From positions 1 through 46,482 of the forward strand of contig CALVOL010000003.1 of NCBI GenBank assembly GCA_944350285.1: a stretch of DNA of 46,482 nt, read 5' to 3'. Shown here piece after piece: positions 1 to 10,842 of the stretch. The notes under the pieces were generated by a model, which had not been told where the DNA came from, searched no databases, and saw nothing but the letters and a program-made list of their open reading frames with translations. A program made the translations under genes and the position numbers. The stretch is from an uncultured Bacilli bacterium (GTDB taxonomy: Bacteria > Bacillota_I > Bacilli_A > RF39 > UBA660). Position 1 is the stretch's first letter; each line of letters begins with the position of its first letter.

Positions 1-614
1 TGCAATGTAACATTTGTAATAATCACACCTTTTTCTTTAATCTGCTCTAGTAACTCGTCCGTAAAATGAAGCCCTGCTGTAGGCGCAGCCGCACTCCCAA
101 GATTTTTCGCATAGACTGTTTGATAACGGTTTTTATCTTCCAATTTCTCATGAATATAAGGAGGCAAGGGCATTTCCCCTAATTGGTCCAAAATTTCCAA
201 AAAAATCCCTTGATAAGAAAAATGCACATGAACAATTCCTTCTTCTTTCTTTTCTACAACAGTTGCCCAAAGTAGACCATTCCCAAAAGAAATCTTCGTC
301 CCAACATGCAGTCTCTTAAAAGGCCTAGATAAACATTCCCAATCATCATTTCCAAGTTCTTTTAAAAGAAGAAGTTCAATCACTGCATGTGTTTCACTCT
401 TTTCTCCGATTAAACGTGCGGGAATGACTTTGGTATCATTAATCACCAAAACATCTCCTGGATTTAGATAATCAATCATATCTTTAAAGTGTTTATGTTC
501 TAATTCTCCACTGTCACGATCCATGACAAGTAGTCTGGAATCACTACGATTTTTCAAAGGTGTTTGAGCGATCAATTCCTCTGGTAAATCGTAGTTAAAA
601 TCTTCTGTACTCAT
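1..614 (-). CDS. queA: S-adenosylmethionine:tRNA ribosyltransferase-isomerase (5' part; runs off the window edge)
   Basis: Not in the ORF track. The reverse complement from 614 reads [33 protein letters not shown]...[13 protein letters not shown]...GEMPLPPYI...[23 protein letters not shown], typical QueA motifs. Its ATG overlaps the upstream TAA (TAATG). Lies downstream of ruvAB as usual. Confidence 0.96.
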   Translation of the reverse strand, partial: MSTEDFNYDLPEELIAQTPLKNRSDSRLLVMDRDSGELEHKHFKDMIDYLNPGDVLVINDTKVIPARLIGEKSETHAVIELLLLKELGNDDWECLSRPFKRLHVGTKISFGNGLLWATVVEKKEEGIVHVHFSYQGIFLEILDQLGEMPLPPYIHEKLEDKNRYQTVYAKNLGSAAAPTAGLHFTDELLEQIKEKGVIITNVTL

Positions 615-1189
615 TAAAAATCCCTCTCAATTTCTAATATTTTATCGATTTTTTGATAGGCTTCATGAAAATCATCCATCGGAATATCAAATACATTGAT
701 GTGTTTTTGTTCCTTTAATTCATCACTAATTCTTTGATAGATAGTTTGTAAAGTAATACTATGATGAGAACTGATAGGAAAATATTTATGATGCGTTCTT
801 GTTGATAGTCTTTGTTGATACAAACTTATATCCTTTAAATACAAATTAAAATAATAAATATCATAAGGCATCAAATTTAACCGTTCACTAAATGTTTGAT
901 AAGCTTCATGAAAAGAATATGCTTTTTCTTGGATTTCACACATTGCTTCTTCCGTCATAAAAAAGCTATCAAACAAAAGTGTCACCGAAACATCCTTCAT
1001 TTGCTCTAAATAAGTAAACAATGCCTCATACATATCAATACTTTTAGTAAGACCATCCATTCCTTTCTCTGGTTGACCAGATAATCGGTATAAATTACAA
1101 CTCTCTAAATGATCCCGCAGATAATTAGTCAAACGAGTCTTACCAACACCATGCGGTCCAACTACAATGATTAATCGATTCATAGTCAC
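614..1189 (-). CDS. P-loop nucleoside/nucleotide kinase-like protein (thymidylate/dNMP kinase fold)
   Basis: N-terminal Walker A GPHGVGKT after a hydrophobic strand; LLFDSF in the position of the kinase D-R motif; 191 aa. Confidence 0.6.
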   Translation of the reverse strand: MTMNRLIIVVGPHGVGKTRLTNYLRDHLESCNLYRLSGQPEKGMDGLTKSIDMYEALFTYLEQMKDVSVTLLFDSFFMTEEAMCEIQEKAYSFHEAYQTFSERLNLMPYDIYYFNLYLKDISLYQQRLSTRTHHKYFPISSHHSITLQTIYQRISDELKEQKHINVFDIPMDDFHEAYQKIDKILEIERDF

Positions 1190-1195
1190 CTTCTC

Positions 1196-1963
1196 CTACT
1201 TTATATCCACACACATCGCTGGATTTAATAATTCTTTTCTTTTTAACTCACGTAATAATTTAACCTGCTTATGATTTATTTTTTTACCATGATAAGTGGC
1301 AACATAGCATTTCCCAAAAGTTTGGTGATCTATTGTTCCAAAACGAATCCAAGGATAATAATGCAATAATACTGATCCTTGATCGGTATATATCACTCCA
1401 TCATCATGTTGATTTCTCTCAAGCAAATATTCACAAACGTCTCTACGGGCGATTAGTAAATTATGAAGCCAAAGTTTAGCCCATGCATTATGGTGTTCAT
1501 CGACACTTGATGTAGTTAATAATTCTAACTCTTCGTTAATAAAGCATTCGGGAATATCCGAAATATCAACAATTTTTCCCCTTTTGATATCTTCTTCTCT
1601 GCTCAGAGGAAGAAAAGGATGGCGAAAGACATATCGATCATAAATATCTAACCTACTTTCTTCCCCTAAATACATTACATAATAGCACTTCTTTTCAGGA
1701 TGATAAGAAATGACACTATTATGAATAAAATAGGGATTAAAAAGAGTGTAAGACATCCTTGTAAAAACAAAATCAAAATATGGAGAAAAGGTTTGATATT
1801 GCTTAGTAAATTCTAAAAATTCCTTTTCTCTTTCTAACGATTGTTCCAAAGAAAGTCGCGTATCATGAATATAAAGCCTTACTTGTTCTTTACAAAATTC
1901 TTCTAATTCATAATAAAATAATTCCTCTACGCTTTCGTCTGTTCTTTTTACTTGTGTTTTCAT
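1196..1963 (-). CDS. hypothetical protein
   Basis: 255-aa ORF with AGGTG RBS, tightly packed between ruvB and the kinase; no motif recognised. Confidence 0.7.
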   Translation of the reverse strand: MKTQVKRTDESVEELFYYELEEFCKEQVRLYIHDTRLSLEQSLEREKEFLEFTKQYQTFSPYFDFVFTRMSYTLFNPYFIHNSVISYHPEKKCYYVMYLGEESRLDIYDRYVFRHPFLPLSREEDIKRGKIVDISDIPECFINEELELLTTSSVDEHHNAWAKLWLHNLLIARRDVCEYLLERNQHDDGVIYTDQGSVLLHYYPWIRFGTIDHQTFGKCYVATYHGKKINHKQVKLLRELKRKELLNPAMCVDIK

Positions 1964-1972
1964 ATGTCACCT

Positions 1973-2986
1973 TTAAAATAATGAACCCATATGATCAATT
2001 TTTAAATGGTCATAAGCTTTTTCACAAGCCATTCTTCCTCGTGGAGTTCTTTTGATAAATCCTTCCTGTAATAAAAACGGTTCTACAACATCTTCAATGG
2101 TCGATACTTCTTCGCCAATGCTGGTTGCAATGGTTTCGACTCCAACAGGTCCTCCATTGAATTTTGTGATTAAACTTGTTAAGTATTCCAAGTCGACAGA
2201 GTCTAGGCCATACTCATCTACTTTTAAACGTTTTAGAGAATTATCGGCTAGTTCTAAAGTGATTTTTTCATAACCTTCTACTAAAGCAAAATCACGTACT
2301 CGTTTAAAGAGACGATTGGCAATACGTGGAGTTTTCCGACATCGCTTGGCAATTAATCTGGCCGCATCCATCTCAATCGGCATATTTAGGACTCTGCTCG
2401 TTCGATTTACAATTTTACATAGTTCCTCCTCGCTATAATATTGCAGCTTAGAAACAATACCAAAACGATCTCTTAATGGTGCTGAAATATCACCAGCTCT
2501 TGTCGTTGCACCTACTAAAGTAAACGGTGGTAGATCAATTTTAATATTACGGCTTTTGCCATCACTATTTAAGACTAAATCCATTTCAAAGTCTTCCATA
2601 GCTGGATAGAGGATTTCTTCAATAAATTTTGGCATTCGATGAATTTCATCAATAAATAGCACATCGCCTGGTTCCAATGTCGATAAGATAGCCGCTAGGT
2701 CACCACTTTTTTCAATGGAAGGACCACTGGCTGTTTTAATATTGACACCTAACTCGTTTGCTATAATATGAGCAAGGGTTGTTTTTCCAAGACCTGGAGG
2801 CCCATATAATAGTACATGATCTAGTGACTCATTTCGGATTTTACTAGCTTCAATAAATACTTTTAAGTTGCTCGTTATTTCTTCTTGGCCGACATACTCT
2901 CTTAAGCTCTGTGGCCGAATATTGGTTTCAAACTCATCGCCTGCTTGTTCTTCGGCATCCATAATTTTCTCGTCGTCCATCATCAC
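1973..2986 (-). CDS. ruvB: Holliday junction branch migration helicase RuvB
   Basis: [51 protein letters not shown]. Confidence 0.98.
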   Translation of the reverse strand: MMMDDEKIMDAEEQAGDEFETNIRPQSLREYVGQEEITSNLKVFIEASKIRNESLDHVLLYGPPGLGKTTLAHIIANELGVNIKTASGPSIEKSGDLAAILSTLEPGDVLFIDEIHRMPKFIEEILYPAMEDFEMDLVLNSDGKSRNIKIDLPPFTLVGATTRAGDISAPLRDRFGIVSKLQYYSEEELCKIVNRTSRVLNMPIEMDAARLIAKRCRKTPRIANRLFKRVRDFALVEGYEKITLELADNSLKRLKVDEYGLDSVDLEYLTSLITKFNGGPVGVETIATSIGEEVSTIEDVVEPFLLQEGFIKRTPRGRMACEKAYDHLKIDHMGSLF

Positions 2987-2993
2987 TCCTCCT

Positions 2994-3548
2994 TTACTTT
3001 AATAATTGTTTTAAGGCTTCTTTTACTTGACTCTCAATAGGTAAACTCGCATCCATATGTGGCAAGATTTTTTTGATATCATTGGTCTTATACCCAAGTC
3101 CTTCTAAGACACTTACTAGTTCATCAAACCCAACGATCGATGGAGTCTCACCAACACTTGTAAGTTTTCCTTTTAAATCCAAAATAATTTGACGAGCCAC
3201 TTTATCGCCAACTTTCGGAAATTTTTTCAAATATAAAATATTTTCTCGATCAATTGCATCTATAATTCCAGCTACACTTCCAGTCGCAAGCATCGGCATA
3301 ATTAATTTTGGCCCTACTCCTTTGACATTTAATAGTTTTAAAAATAGTTCTTTTTCTTCTTTGCTTAAAAATCCATACAAGGAATGTTCATCTTCTTTAA
3401 TATGACTATAAATATATACTTTTGCTTCTTCGTTTAATGAATAGGAAAAAGGATTTGCCACAAAAATTTGATAGCCAATACCATTGTTTTCTAACACGAT
3501 ATAATTTGATTCTTGAATGCTTACGATTCCTTTTATATAACTATACAT
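2994..3548 (-). CDS. ruvA: Holliday junction branch migration protein RuvA
   Basis: MYSYIKG, NGIGY, LYGF, VKGVGPK helix-hairpin-helix, C-terminal LEGLGY; adjacent to ruvB. Confidence 0.97.
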   Translation of the reverse strand: MYSYIKGIVSIQESNYIVLENNGIGYQIFVANPFSYSLNEEAKVYIYSHIKEDEHSLYGFLSKEEKELFLKLLNVKGVGPKLIMPMLATGSVAGIIDAIDRENILYLKKFPKVGDKVARQIILDLKGKLTSVGETPSIVGFDELVSVLEGLGYKTNDIKKILPHMDASLPIESQVKEALKQLLK

Positions 3549-3623
3549 AATATCACCGTAATAATGATATCATACAAACGTTTAAAAGAAAAGAGAACTT
3601 TCTTTCATTAACCAAATTATGGG

Positions 3624-4691
3624 TCATAGTGTTACTTTCCTGTTATATAGAAATTCTTTTGGGGGTTCTCCCTTGGAAATACAGTCCAAAAGATCTGGTT
3701 TGTCTTGATGAAGTCGATACATTAAAACTAACGCACTTGCTTCTTCTAGCTGCTTGTTTTGAACAAGCTCATTTATGACACGAAATACATACTGATAACC
3801 TGATGACATTTGGAAAAATAACTGCATGTAAAACCAAAAATCTACAAAGTTTTGTTTCTTTTTTAATTTTCGTTTTGTTTCTTTAGAAAACAGAAATAGC
3901 GTTCCACATTCTTCTAAATCTTTTTTCGATTTTAACCCCCCACATACATCATTCCAAACATTTTTAAACAGTACTTTTTCATAATATAAAAAGGAACTTT
4001 GTTCGATTTCTTCTAATGAAATTTCTTGGATAAAAATATTTTCCAACATTTTGGTATATAGGTTTTGGTTTGGCAACGAATATTGATCTTGAAAGACCAT
4101 TAGGGCAAAATAATTATTGAAATTTATCTTATATTCTTGCATTTTTTTAATCCCATCAAAGCAAGGTCTTGCTGCTATTTCAGAGGCTTCACTAAACTTT
4201 CTTTGTTTCATAAGAGCTTTGATGCGGTATTCTTCTACTAGATAATCTTTTTGATACTGTGGTGTATCGGTAAGAAGGAGAATTTGCTCATATTGTTTTT
4301 GTAAGAAAAGGCATTTTAATTTTTGCAAGAAAAAGCCTTCATAAGCAATGAAGTGATTACAAATTGCTATAGCTTTTTCATATTCTTTTAATTTTATTAG
4401 GCATTTCACACGAATTAATTGAAGTTTTCCTTCTTCTTGAAATTCTTCTTTTTCACATAAGGCTATTACATTTTCTAAATCTTTGTCTTTAACATCTTTT
4501 AACTTGCTTGCTAATGCATATATATAGAAATTGGTATTACCTGCAGGTAATTGTTTTAACTTTTCTACATAAATCGCATCGTCCAGAAGCCCTCCTTCTT
4601 TGCAATAGCGCATTGCTTTACAATAATTTTTTTGAGCAATTTCTTCTAATAGTTTTTGAAAAGATTCTTCTTTTAATTCTTCGTCTGTCAT
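3624..4691 (-). CDS. hypothetical alpha-helical (TPR-like) protein
   Basis: Repeated pattern RVKCLIKLKEYEKAIAIC / KLKCLFLQKQYEQILLL / RIKALMKQRKFSEASEIA. Confidence 0.6.
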   Translation of the reverse strand: MTDEELKEESFQKLLEEIAQKNYCKAMRYCKEGGLLDDAIYVEKLKQLPAGNTNFYIYALASKLKDVKDKDLENVIALCEKEEFQEEGKLQLIRVKCLIKLKEYEKAIAICNHFIAYEGFFLQKLKCLFLQKQYEQILLLTDTPQYQKDYLVEEYRIKALMKQRKFSEASEIAARPCFDGIKKMQEYKINFNNYFALMVFQDQYSLPNQNLYTKMLENIFIQEISLEEIEQSSFLYYEKVLFKNVWNDVCGGLKSKKDLEECGTLFLFSKETKRKLKKKQNFVDFWFYMQLFFQMSSGYQYVFRVINELVQNKQLEEASALVLMYRLHQDKPDLLDCISKGEPPKEFLYNRKVTL

Positions 4692-4715
4692 CTTTTTTAC
4701 CCCCTATCATTTTTA

Positions 4716-5330
4716 TTATAATCCAATATAAAAGAATTCAAAATCATCTAATATGTTTTCATCCTGTCCTTCCACTACAACTGGTATTGTAATTTTTAAT
4801 AATTGATAAGTAGGACATGATTTATATGACTCATTAATGGTATCCGGATCTATAATCACCTGATTATTTTCTGTAATTTCACAGTTTGCATCACAATCAC
4901 CATCGCCATTAATATCCACATTCAAAATATAAGAGCAATTATCGCTTGTGGTTGATGAATCGATGGTAATGTTGTTTAAATCAAAGTAGGTTTCATCTCC
5001 ATCACTTTCCAAAAGCCATGTTTCACTGTCATAAGTAATGCGATCTTCAGCGACTCGAATTGTTTTGGCAAAGTCTTGGAAAGTCAATGTTATTTCTTTG
5101 CGATTGCCATTGGTCGTAATGGTTGGAACTCTTGTTAAGGTATTATTCATTAAGTCTTTTTGAACCGTTTCTATCACCGTAGCTCGGTTTACTTGATTTG
5201 CTTTGGCATATGAAGTATGATTCGATTCATATTGGATGTCTAGCAACAATTGAAACAATAACAACATCACAATAGAAATTAGTCCAATACTAACAATTAC
5301 TTCAATTAATGTAAAGCCCTTTTTATTCAT
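4716..5330 (-). CDS. type IV pilin-like protein (prepilin N-terminal cleavage/methylation motif)
   Basis: MNKKG|FTLIEVIVSIGLISIVMLLLF class III signal peptide; start moved to ATG 5330. C-terminal DINGDG motif flanked by Cys residues. Confidence 0.85.
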   Translation of the reverse strand: MNKKGFTLIEVIVSIGLISIVMLLLFQLLLDIQYESNHTSYAKANQVNRATVIETVQKDLMNNTLTRVPTITTNGNRKEITLTFQDFAKTIRVAEDRITYDSETWLLESDGDETYFDLNNITIDSSTTSDNCSYILNVDINGDGDCDANCEITENNQVIIDPDTINESYKSCPTYQLLKITIPVVVEGQDENILDDFEFFYIGL

Positions 5331-5331
5331 G

Positions 5332-5886
5332 TTACGCACCCACTTTCACATTGGCATAGTAATAAAAGCAGTTCGCTGTTGATGTACATGGTTCTCCCGA
5401 TAATTGCGATGCAAATTCGACAATTAATCGATAGCCAGTATCTGAGTCATTGTCTAATGTTCGCAGGTAAGTCATCAAATTATTATCGGAACATAAACTC
5501 ATCGTGGCCGCACTATCACAAGCAGTGATTTTTGAAACATCATAGGTTGTTAGTATCATAGTCTGGATATGAAGATCATTCCATAATCTTTCAAAAAACA
5601 ATTTTTCACCATTATAGGCGGCACCAAACAAGTCACTTTGCCCTGGATAAATATTTTGATAAAGTGTCGTTTCGTTAATTCTAGCTTTTAATGTATCTAA
5701 TTCGAAACTTTCCAAATATTGTTTTAAATAATAAGTTTCGTACAATTTATTCATATCATCGTATCTTAACCTTCTTGTCTCTTGGTTATTCGATGCAACA
5801 AAGGCTGAATACACTAACACGAGTGAAGCAAGTAATATCGCTGTGACAACGATTGTCTCAACAAACACAAAACCCTTTTTATTCAT
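5332..5886 (-). CDS. type IV pilin-like protein
   Basis: MNKKG|FVFVETIVVTAILLASLVLVY class III signal peptide; two Cys pairs. Confidence 0.8.
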   Translation of the reverse strand: MNKKGFVFVETIVVTAILLASLVLVYSAFVASNNQETRRLRYDDMNKLYETYYLKQYLESFELDTLKARINETTLYQNIYPGQSDLFGAAYNGEKLFFERLWNDLHIQTMILTTYDVSKITACDSAATMSLCSDNNLMTYLRTLDNDSDTGYRLIVEFASQLSGEPCTSTANCFYYYANVKVGA

Positions 5887-5956
5887 GAAACCATCTGCTT
5901 TCTTGTATTATTATACTAAAAAATAAGACAGAAAAAAAGAATGAATTGTAAAGATT

Positions 5957-7246
5957 TCATTCTATTGTTCCGTTTTCTTTAAAATATTCTTCTAGTGTTA
6001 AATGATTCTCCATAATATACTTTGCTACTCTAGGAGAGCCAATATACCGTAAATGCCATGGTTCATAATGATAACCTGTGATTTCTTCTTTGCCTTCTGG
6101 ATACCTTAAAATAAAGCCATAATCTGCACATATTTTATGTAACAGGTGATAGCAATCATCTAGTCCTTCGTCAAATTCGTTAATCCATTTCTCATCTTTT
6201 TTCATACAGATATCGATGGCAAGGCCTGTTTCATGTTCGGAATATCCTGGTCGCGCCACAAAAATATTGGCATGTTCTTCGCCGTATTTTTCTTTGTTTT
6301 CTTCGTATATTTTTCGTTGTAAGGCATTCGGACGATAGGCGCTTTCTACATCAATGTAAAACCCTTTTTCCCGCATGGTATCACGAAGGCAAAGCCATGA
6401 ATACATTGCTTCTTCTCTAATATTACCGTCATTTTGACACTCTGGATATTCTGATTGATACAACATGATTTTTAAAGGATAGTTTTCCGGGATTGGATTT
6501 TGTTTATTTACTAGCATCATTGTATGATGATAACTTGCATCAATTAACCAAGAGAATAACTCGCTTGTCCTTTCAAGCTCTGGATGATATTGCACTCCTA
6601 GTATTTGAGCGCCCTTTTTTGTATATTCGATAGCCTCAATAACACCATCTTCACTTGTCGCAGCAATCGTGATATCTTTTGCCGCATAAGGTAAAACAAA
6701 ACTATGAAGACTGATGACGTTTAACTCATCTTGTTTCATGATTTTATAAAATAATGTGTCTTTGTTTAACTTAATTAGATGACGAGCAGTTTCCTGCGTT
6801 TCTATATCTTTCGTAACGCAATGATTATGAAAAGAATCATCTTCTAATTGTTTTAAATAATGATCCGTATCTTTTAATATTTGTTTTATTTCTTCCAAAG
6901 ACTTTTCTGGATGTTTTTCTCTTTCTTCTTTTAAATTAAAGGCTGTGCCAATTGCTTGAAGCCCTAAACATACTCCCAAAATAGGTTTTTTATTTTTTAG
7001 GGCATCCTCTAACACTGGAAAGAAGTCAGGCCAAATTTTTGAACCTCCGGGCCATAGATATCCATCACATAGTGAGAGATAATCTTCCACGTGTTGGTGA
7101 AGAAGACCAATAGGAACTCCTCCACATTCCACAATCTTTTCTTCGTACATTCTGACAAAACTTGCACGATCTTGATACGGATCCTTTGTTTCATTCGTTA
7201 AATTATAGGTTGGAATAATCCCTATCACGGGTTTATTTTTTATCAT
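5957..7246 (-). CDS. fusion of peptidase C26 (gamma-glutamyl hydrolase, class I GATase fold) and VanY/M15B D-Ala-D-Ala carboxypeptidase
   Basis: N-half: KPVIGI, PGG, PILGVCLGLQ, DGVIEAIE, GVQYHPE. C-half: LVNK, SAYR, ARPGYSEHETGLAIDI, YGFILRYP, YEPWHLRYIG. Confidence 0.88.
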   Translation of the reverse strand: MIKNKPVIGIIPTYNLTNETKDPYQDRASFVRMYEEKIVECGGVPIGLLHQHVEDYLSLCDGYLWPGGSKIWPDFFPVLEDALKNKKPILGVCLGLQAIGTAFNLKEEREKHPEKSLEEIKQILKDTDHYLKQLEDDSFHNHCVTKDIETQETARHLIKLNKDTLFYKIMKQDELNVISLHSFVLPYAAKDITIAATSEDGVIEAIEYTKKGAQILGVQYHPELERTSELFSWLIDASYHHTMMLVNKQNPIPENYPLKIMLYQSEYPECQNDGNIREEAMYSWLCLRDTMREKGFYIDVESAYRPNALQRKIYEENKEKYGEEHANIFVARPGYSEHETGLAIDICMKKDEKWINEFDEGLDDCYHLLHKICADYGFILRYPEGKEEITGYHYEPWHLRYIGSPRVAKYIMENHLTLEEYFKENGTIE

Positions 7247-7266
7247 AAAGTACCTCCTTTTTCATT

Positions 7267-9843
7267 TTATTTTGTGTCGTACCAATTTATACCGTAATCC
7301 GCACTGACTTTTAGGGGGACATCTAATTCGATTGTATGAGTCATAATCTCTTTTACAATTTTTTCTACTTTTGCTTTTTCACTTTCGATAACGTCAAATA
7401 TCAATTCATCATGGACTTGTAATACCATTTTGGTTTGAATGTTTTCTTCTTTAAATTTTCTGGCAATTTCTACCATTGCTTTCTTAATAATATCCGCGCT
7501 TGTTCCTTGAATTGGAGTATTTAGAGCAATTCGCTCACCCATTTGTCTTACCATATATTGTGGACTATCTAATTCTGGTATTACTCTTCGACGATTAAAT
7601 AATGTCCTTACGGATCCTTGTTCTTTGGCTTCCTCCACAATATCATCCATATACTTTTTCACACCAGGATACAATTCATAATATTTATCAATAAATTCTT
7701 TGGCCTCTTTGGAACTAATTTCTAAGTTTTCTCCAAGACCATACCCACTAATTCCATAAACGATTCCAAAGATCACTGCTTTGGCAGTACTACGCATCTT
7801 TTTTGTGACTTCACTTTCTTTGATCCCATGAATATCCGCGGCTACTTTGGTATGAATATCCGCATCATTGATAAAAGCTTCTTGTAATTCTTTAGACCCT
7901 GAAATATGTGCAAGTATTCGAAGTTCAATCTGGCTATAATCTGCGCTTAAAAAATAATCGTTACATGGTAGGAAAGCTTTTCTTATCTTTCTTCCCTCTT
8001 CATCTCGAACTGGAATATTTTGTAAATTTGGTTCCGTTGAAGAAAGTCGACCCGTTCTTGCAAAGTTCTGTTTAAAAATTGTATGGATTTTGCCGTCATC
8101 CATAATATACGTTTCCAATCCTTCCATATAAGTTGAATATAATTTTGTAACGTTGCGGTACTCCAATACTTTTTCGATAATTGGATGCATGCCCCTAAGT
8201 TTATGTAATACTTTGACATCGGTTTTATATCCTTTGGTTGTTTTCTTGCCACCAGGAAGTCCTAATTTAAAAAACAATACTTCTCCTAATTGTTTTGGAC
8301 TAGAAATATTAAATTCACAACCAGCTAGCTCATAGATTTCTTTGGTTAACGTATCAATGCGTCCACGATAATCGACTTTCATTTCGTCTAAAATGTTTTT
8401 ATCTACCTTGATCCCTGTCATTTCCATATCTGCTAAAACTGGCGCCAAAGGCATTTCGATTTTCGTAAATAAGTCATACATTTCATCTCGTTTTAAATCG
8501 AGAATAGCCCGATCTCTTGTATCAAAGACAAAACGACTTTTTAAAGCAATTTCTTTTGGTAAAGTATCTTTGTGTTCCTCCCATTTTTTGTAAACATCTT
8601 CTAAAAATGATACGGAATATCCGTTTGGTACCATATAATATGCTATATCATCTTTGCTACCGTCTTGAATTAAAGCGGAACTAATCATTAAATCCGTGTT
8701 TACAGAAGGACATGTTATTCCTACTTTTTTTAAAGCGACAATCGCTTTTTTATAATCATAAGTATATAATACTTTCCCGTTCAAAAAACTTAAAACATCT
8801 GCGATTAAATCCGCTTTTACATAATAGTTTTTCTCTTTTGTAGCAACACTCATTCCTATAATTGAAGATTGATGATAGTTAAAGCCATCTAATTCTAAAT
8901 AGAAAGCATATTCCTCTGAATTTTCAATTTCTACAGGATCTTCTATTTCTAAAAAATCAATATCGACTTCAACACTCTCTTTTTTTAGTCCTTTGATAAA
9001 AGAATAAAATTCTAAATCTTCATAAATTTCATACAGTTCAGGATTATCTTTTTCTTCGTATTTTAAATCTTCTAAATCTTTTACTTCTAATGGAACATCA
9101 CGATATATTGTTGCAATTTCTTTACTCATAAAAGCCGCTGCTTTATCCGTTTCTAGTTTTTCTTTGGTTTTTCCTTTTATGTCATTAATGTGGTCATAGA
9201 TTCCTTCCAATGAACCATATGTTTGAAGTAAATTTAATGCCGTTTTTTCTCCGATTCCGCGAACACCTGAAATATTGTCAGAAGAATCTCCAGCTAAACC
9301 TTTTAAATCAATGATCCGAATTGGTTCAATCCCATAATCTTTTTTAAAGCTTTCCACATCATAACGAATATAATCTTTTTGTTTTAATAATTTCATTTCT
9401 AACTGAGGACTAATTAATTGTAACAAATCGCGATCTGAGGAAATAATTGTACCAATAAAATCCGGATCTTCTTCGACCATACGTGCGAACGTTCCAATAA
9501 TATCATCGGCTTCATAAGGTGCTAGTTCAAAATATGGGACTCCCATAGCTTTTAGTATTTTTCTGGCATAAGGTTCTTGCATATGTAACTCATCAGGAGT
9601 TTTTTTACGTCCTTCTTTATAAAAGTCATATTTTTCTTTTCTAAAATTTTTGCCAATATCAAAAGCCACTGCGATATATTCAGGATTTTCTTCGTGAATG
9701 ATTTTATTCATCATACCAACAAAACCGTATAGTGCATTCGTTGGAAACCCTTTGGAATTTTTTAATAAATTGCCTGAATATGCTGTCGCGTAATAACTAC
9801 GAAACAATAAATTATTTCCATCCACTAAAATGATTTTTTTCAT
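7267..9843 (-). CDS. polA: DNA polymerase I
   Basis: 5'-3' exonuclease (LVDGNNLLFRSYYA, YEADDIIG, GDSSDN) plus polymerase motifs (TGRLSSTEPNLQNIP, DYSQIELR, QVHDEL). Confidence 0.99.
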   Translation of the reverse strand: MKKIILVDGNNLLFRSYYATAYSGNLLKNSKGFPTNALYGFVGMMNKIIHEENPEYIAVAFDIGKNFRKEKYDFYKEGRKKTPDELHMQEPYARKILKAMGVPYFELAPYEADDIIGTFARMVEEDPDFIGTIISSDRDLLQLISPQLEMKLLKQKDYIRYDVESFKKDYGIEPIRIIDLKGLAGDSSDNISGVRGIGEKTALNLLQTYGSLEGIYDHINDIKGKTKEKLETDKAAAFMSKEIATIYRDVPLEVKDLEDLKYEEKDNPELYEIYEDLEFYSFIKGLKKESVEVDIDFLEIEDPVEIENSEEYAFYLELDGFNYHQSSIIGMSVATKEKNYYVKADLIADVLSFLNGKVLYTYDYKKAIVALKKVGITCPSVNTDLMISSALIQDGSKDDIAYYMVPNGYSVSFLEDVYKKWEEHKDTLPKEIALKSRFVFDTRDRAILDLKRDEMYDLFTKIEMPLAPVLADMEMTGIKVDKNILDEMKVDYRGRIDTLTKEIYELAGCEFNISSPKQLGEVLFFKLGLPGGKKTTKGYKTDVKVLHKLRGMHPIIEKVLEYRNVTKLYSTYMEGLETYIMDDGKIHTIFKQNFARTGRLSSTEPNLQNIPVRDEEGRKIRKAFLPCNDYFLSADYSQIELRILAHISGSKELQEAFINDADIHTKVAADIHGIKESEVTKKMRSTAKAVIFGIVYGISGYGLGENLEISSKEAKEFIDKYYELYPGVKKYMDDIVEEAKEQGSVRTLFNRRRVIPELDSPQYMVRQMGERIALNTPIQGTSADIIKKAMVEIARKFKEENIQTKMVLQVHDELIFDVIESEKAKVEKIVKEIMTHTIELDVPLKVSADYGINWYDTK

Positions 9844-9949
9844 GTGTACACCAACTCTCTAAGCACATTATATCACGAATTACTTTTAAAAGAAAAAAGA
9901 ATTGGTGTTATATTATAATTGATTTTCTAATTGTTTATAGCTTTCTTTT

Positions 9950-10693
9950 TTATTGATTGGCTACTTTTTGGAAAGATTTTAACACGAAATTTTCTCCATC
10001 GAAAGTAAAATGATATTCGTAGGTTTCGGCTTGGTCTATATAATTTTCTATGGAGACTGTAGGATAGTCCTCACTTGTATAAGAAATCACATCCAAAGTA
10101 TTGCTATGAGAGACATCATCATAGATCGTCAAAGAGGATTCTTCTGGCATTTCTTTATGATCAGGAGCGACTACGATAGACTTTTCTGTAATGATATAGT
10201 CCGTCCGAGTTTTCTTTGCAGCGATGACTTTTCGAACCATAAATTCTGTATTATTTTCTACACTTTCTTTCCTGCATTGATATGTGTTTGTATTCTCGTC
10301 ATAAGTAAATGTTGTGAAATGATCGCTAGTGAATGAACCAGAGGTGTTTTCATAGGAAATATCACCAAAGATTTTATGGACGTATAAAAGAACATCATCG
10401 GCTGACAGTGTTTGATTTAACCCAGAATTTTCTTTATCATATAAAGCAAGCGCACACCCAAGAATATATTCATCTGTAAATGTAAGACTGTGGTAACGAT
10501 CATATAAGAACGTCACCTCATCGCTTGGATTTACCATATTATATAAACTTGTAACTATATTATCATTCACTAAAACTTCTGTATATTCTACCTTATTATC
10601 GTTTGGAACTAGAAAGAGATAAATCCCTATACTTATTAAGACAACTATCCCTATTACTCCACCAATTATATATATTTTTTTCATAATCATCAC
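9950..10693 (-). CDS. hypothetical membrane-anchored extracellular protein
   Basis: N-terminal KK plus a single hydrophobic helix, then an acidic T/Y/N-rich domain. Confidence 0.7.
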   Translation of the reverse strand: MMIMKKIYIIGGVIGIVVLISIGIYLFLVPNDNKVEYTEVLVNDNIVTSLYNMVNPSDEVTFLYDRYHSLTFTDEYILGCALALYDKENSGLNQTLSADDVLLYVHKIFGDISYENTSGSFTSDHFTTFTYDENTNTYQCRKESVENNTEFMVRKVIAAKKTRTDYIITEKSIVVAPDHKEMPEESSLTIYDDVSHSNTLDVISYTSEDYPTVSIENYIDQAETYEYHFTFDGENFVLKSFQKVANQ

Positions 10694-10842
10694 CTATTGT
10701 TAGTATAAAATTTTTTTAGTAAAAAATCGAGAAGTAGCCAAACAAATAGACACGAAAATGTAAAGATTTTGTTCTTTGTTATTTTTTTGAAATTTAAAAT
10801 CTCTATCTATTTCGATAAGCTAAGAGGCTATATTTATAGCTA

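Noticed and set aside
3595-3606. Possible LexA box upstream of ruvA (GAAC-TTTC-TTTC)
   Set aside because: Mismatch in the conserved GTTC half and low-complexity context.
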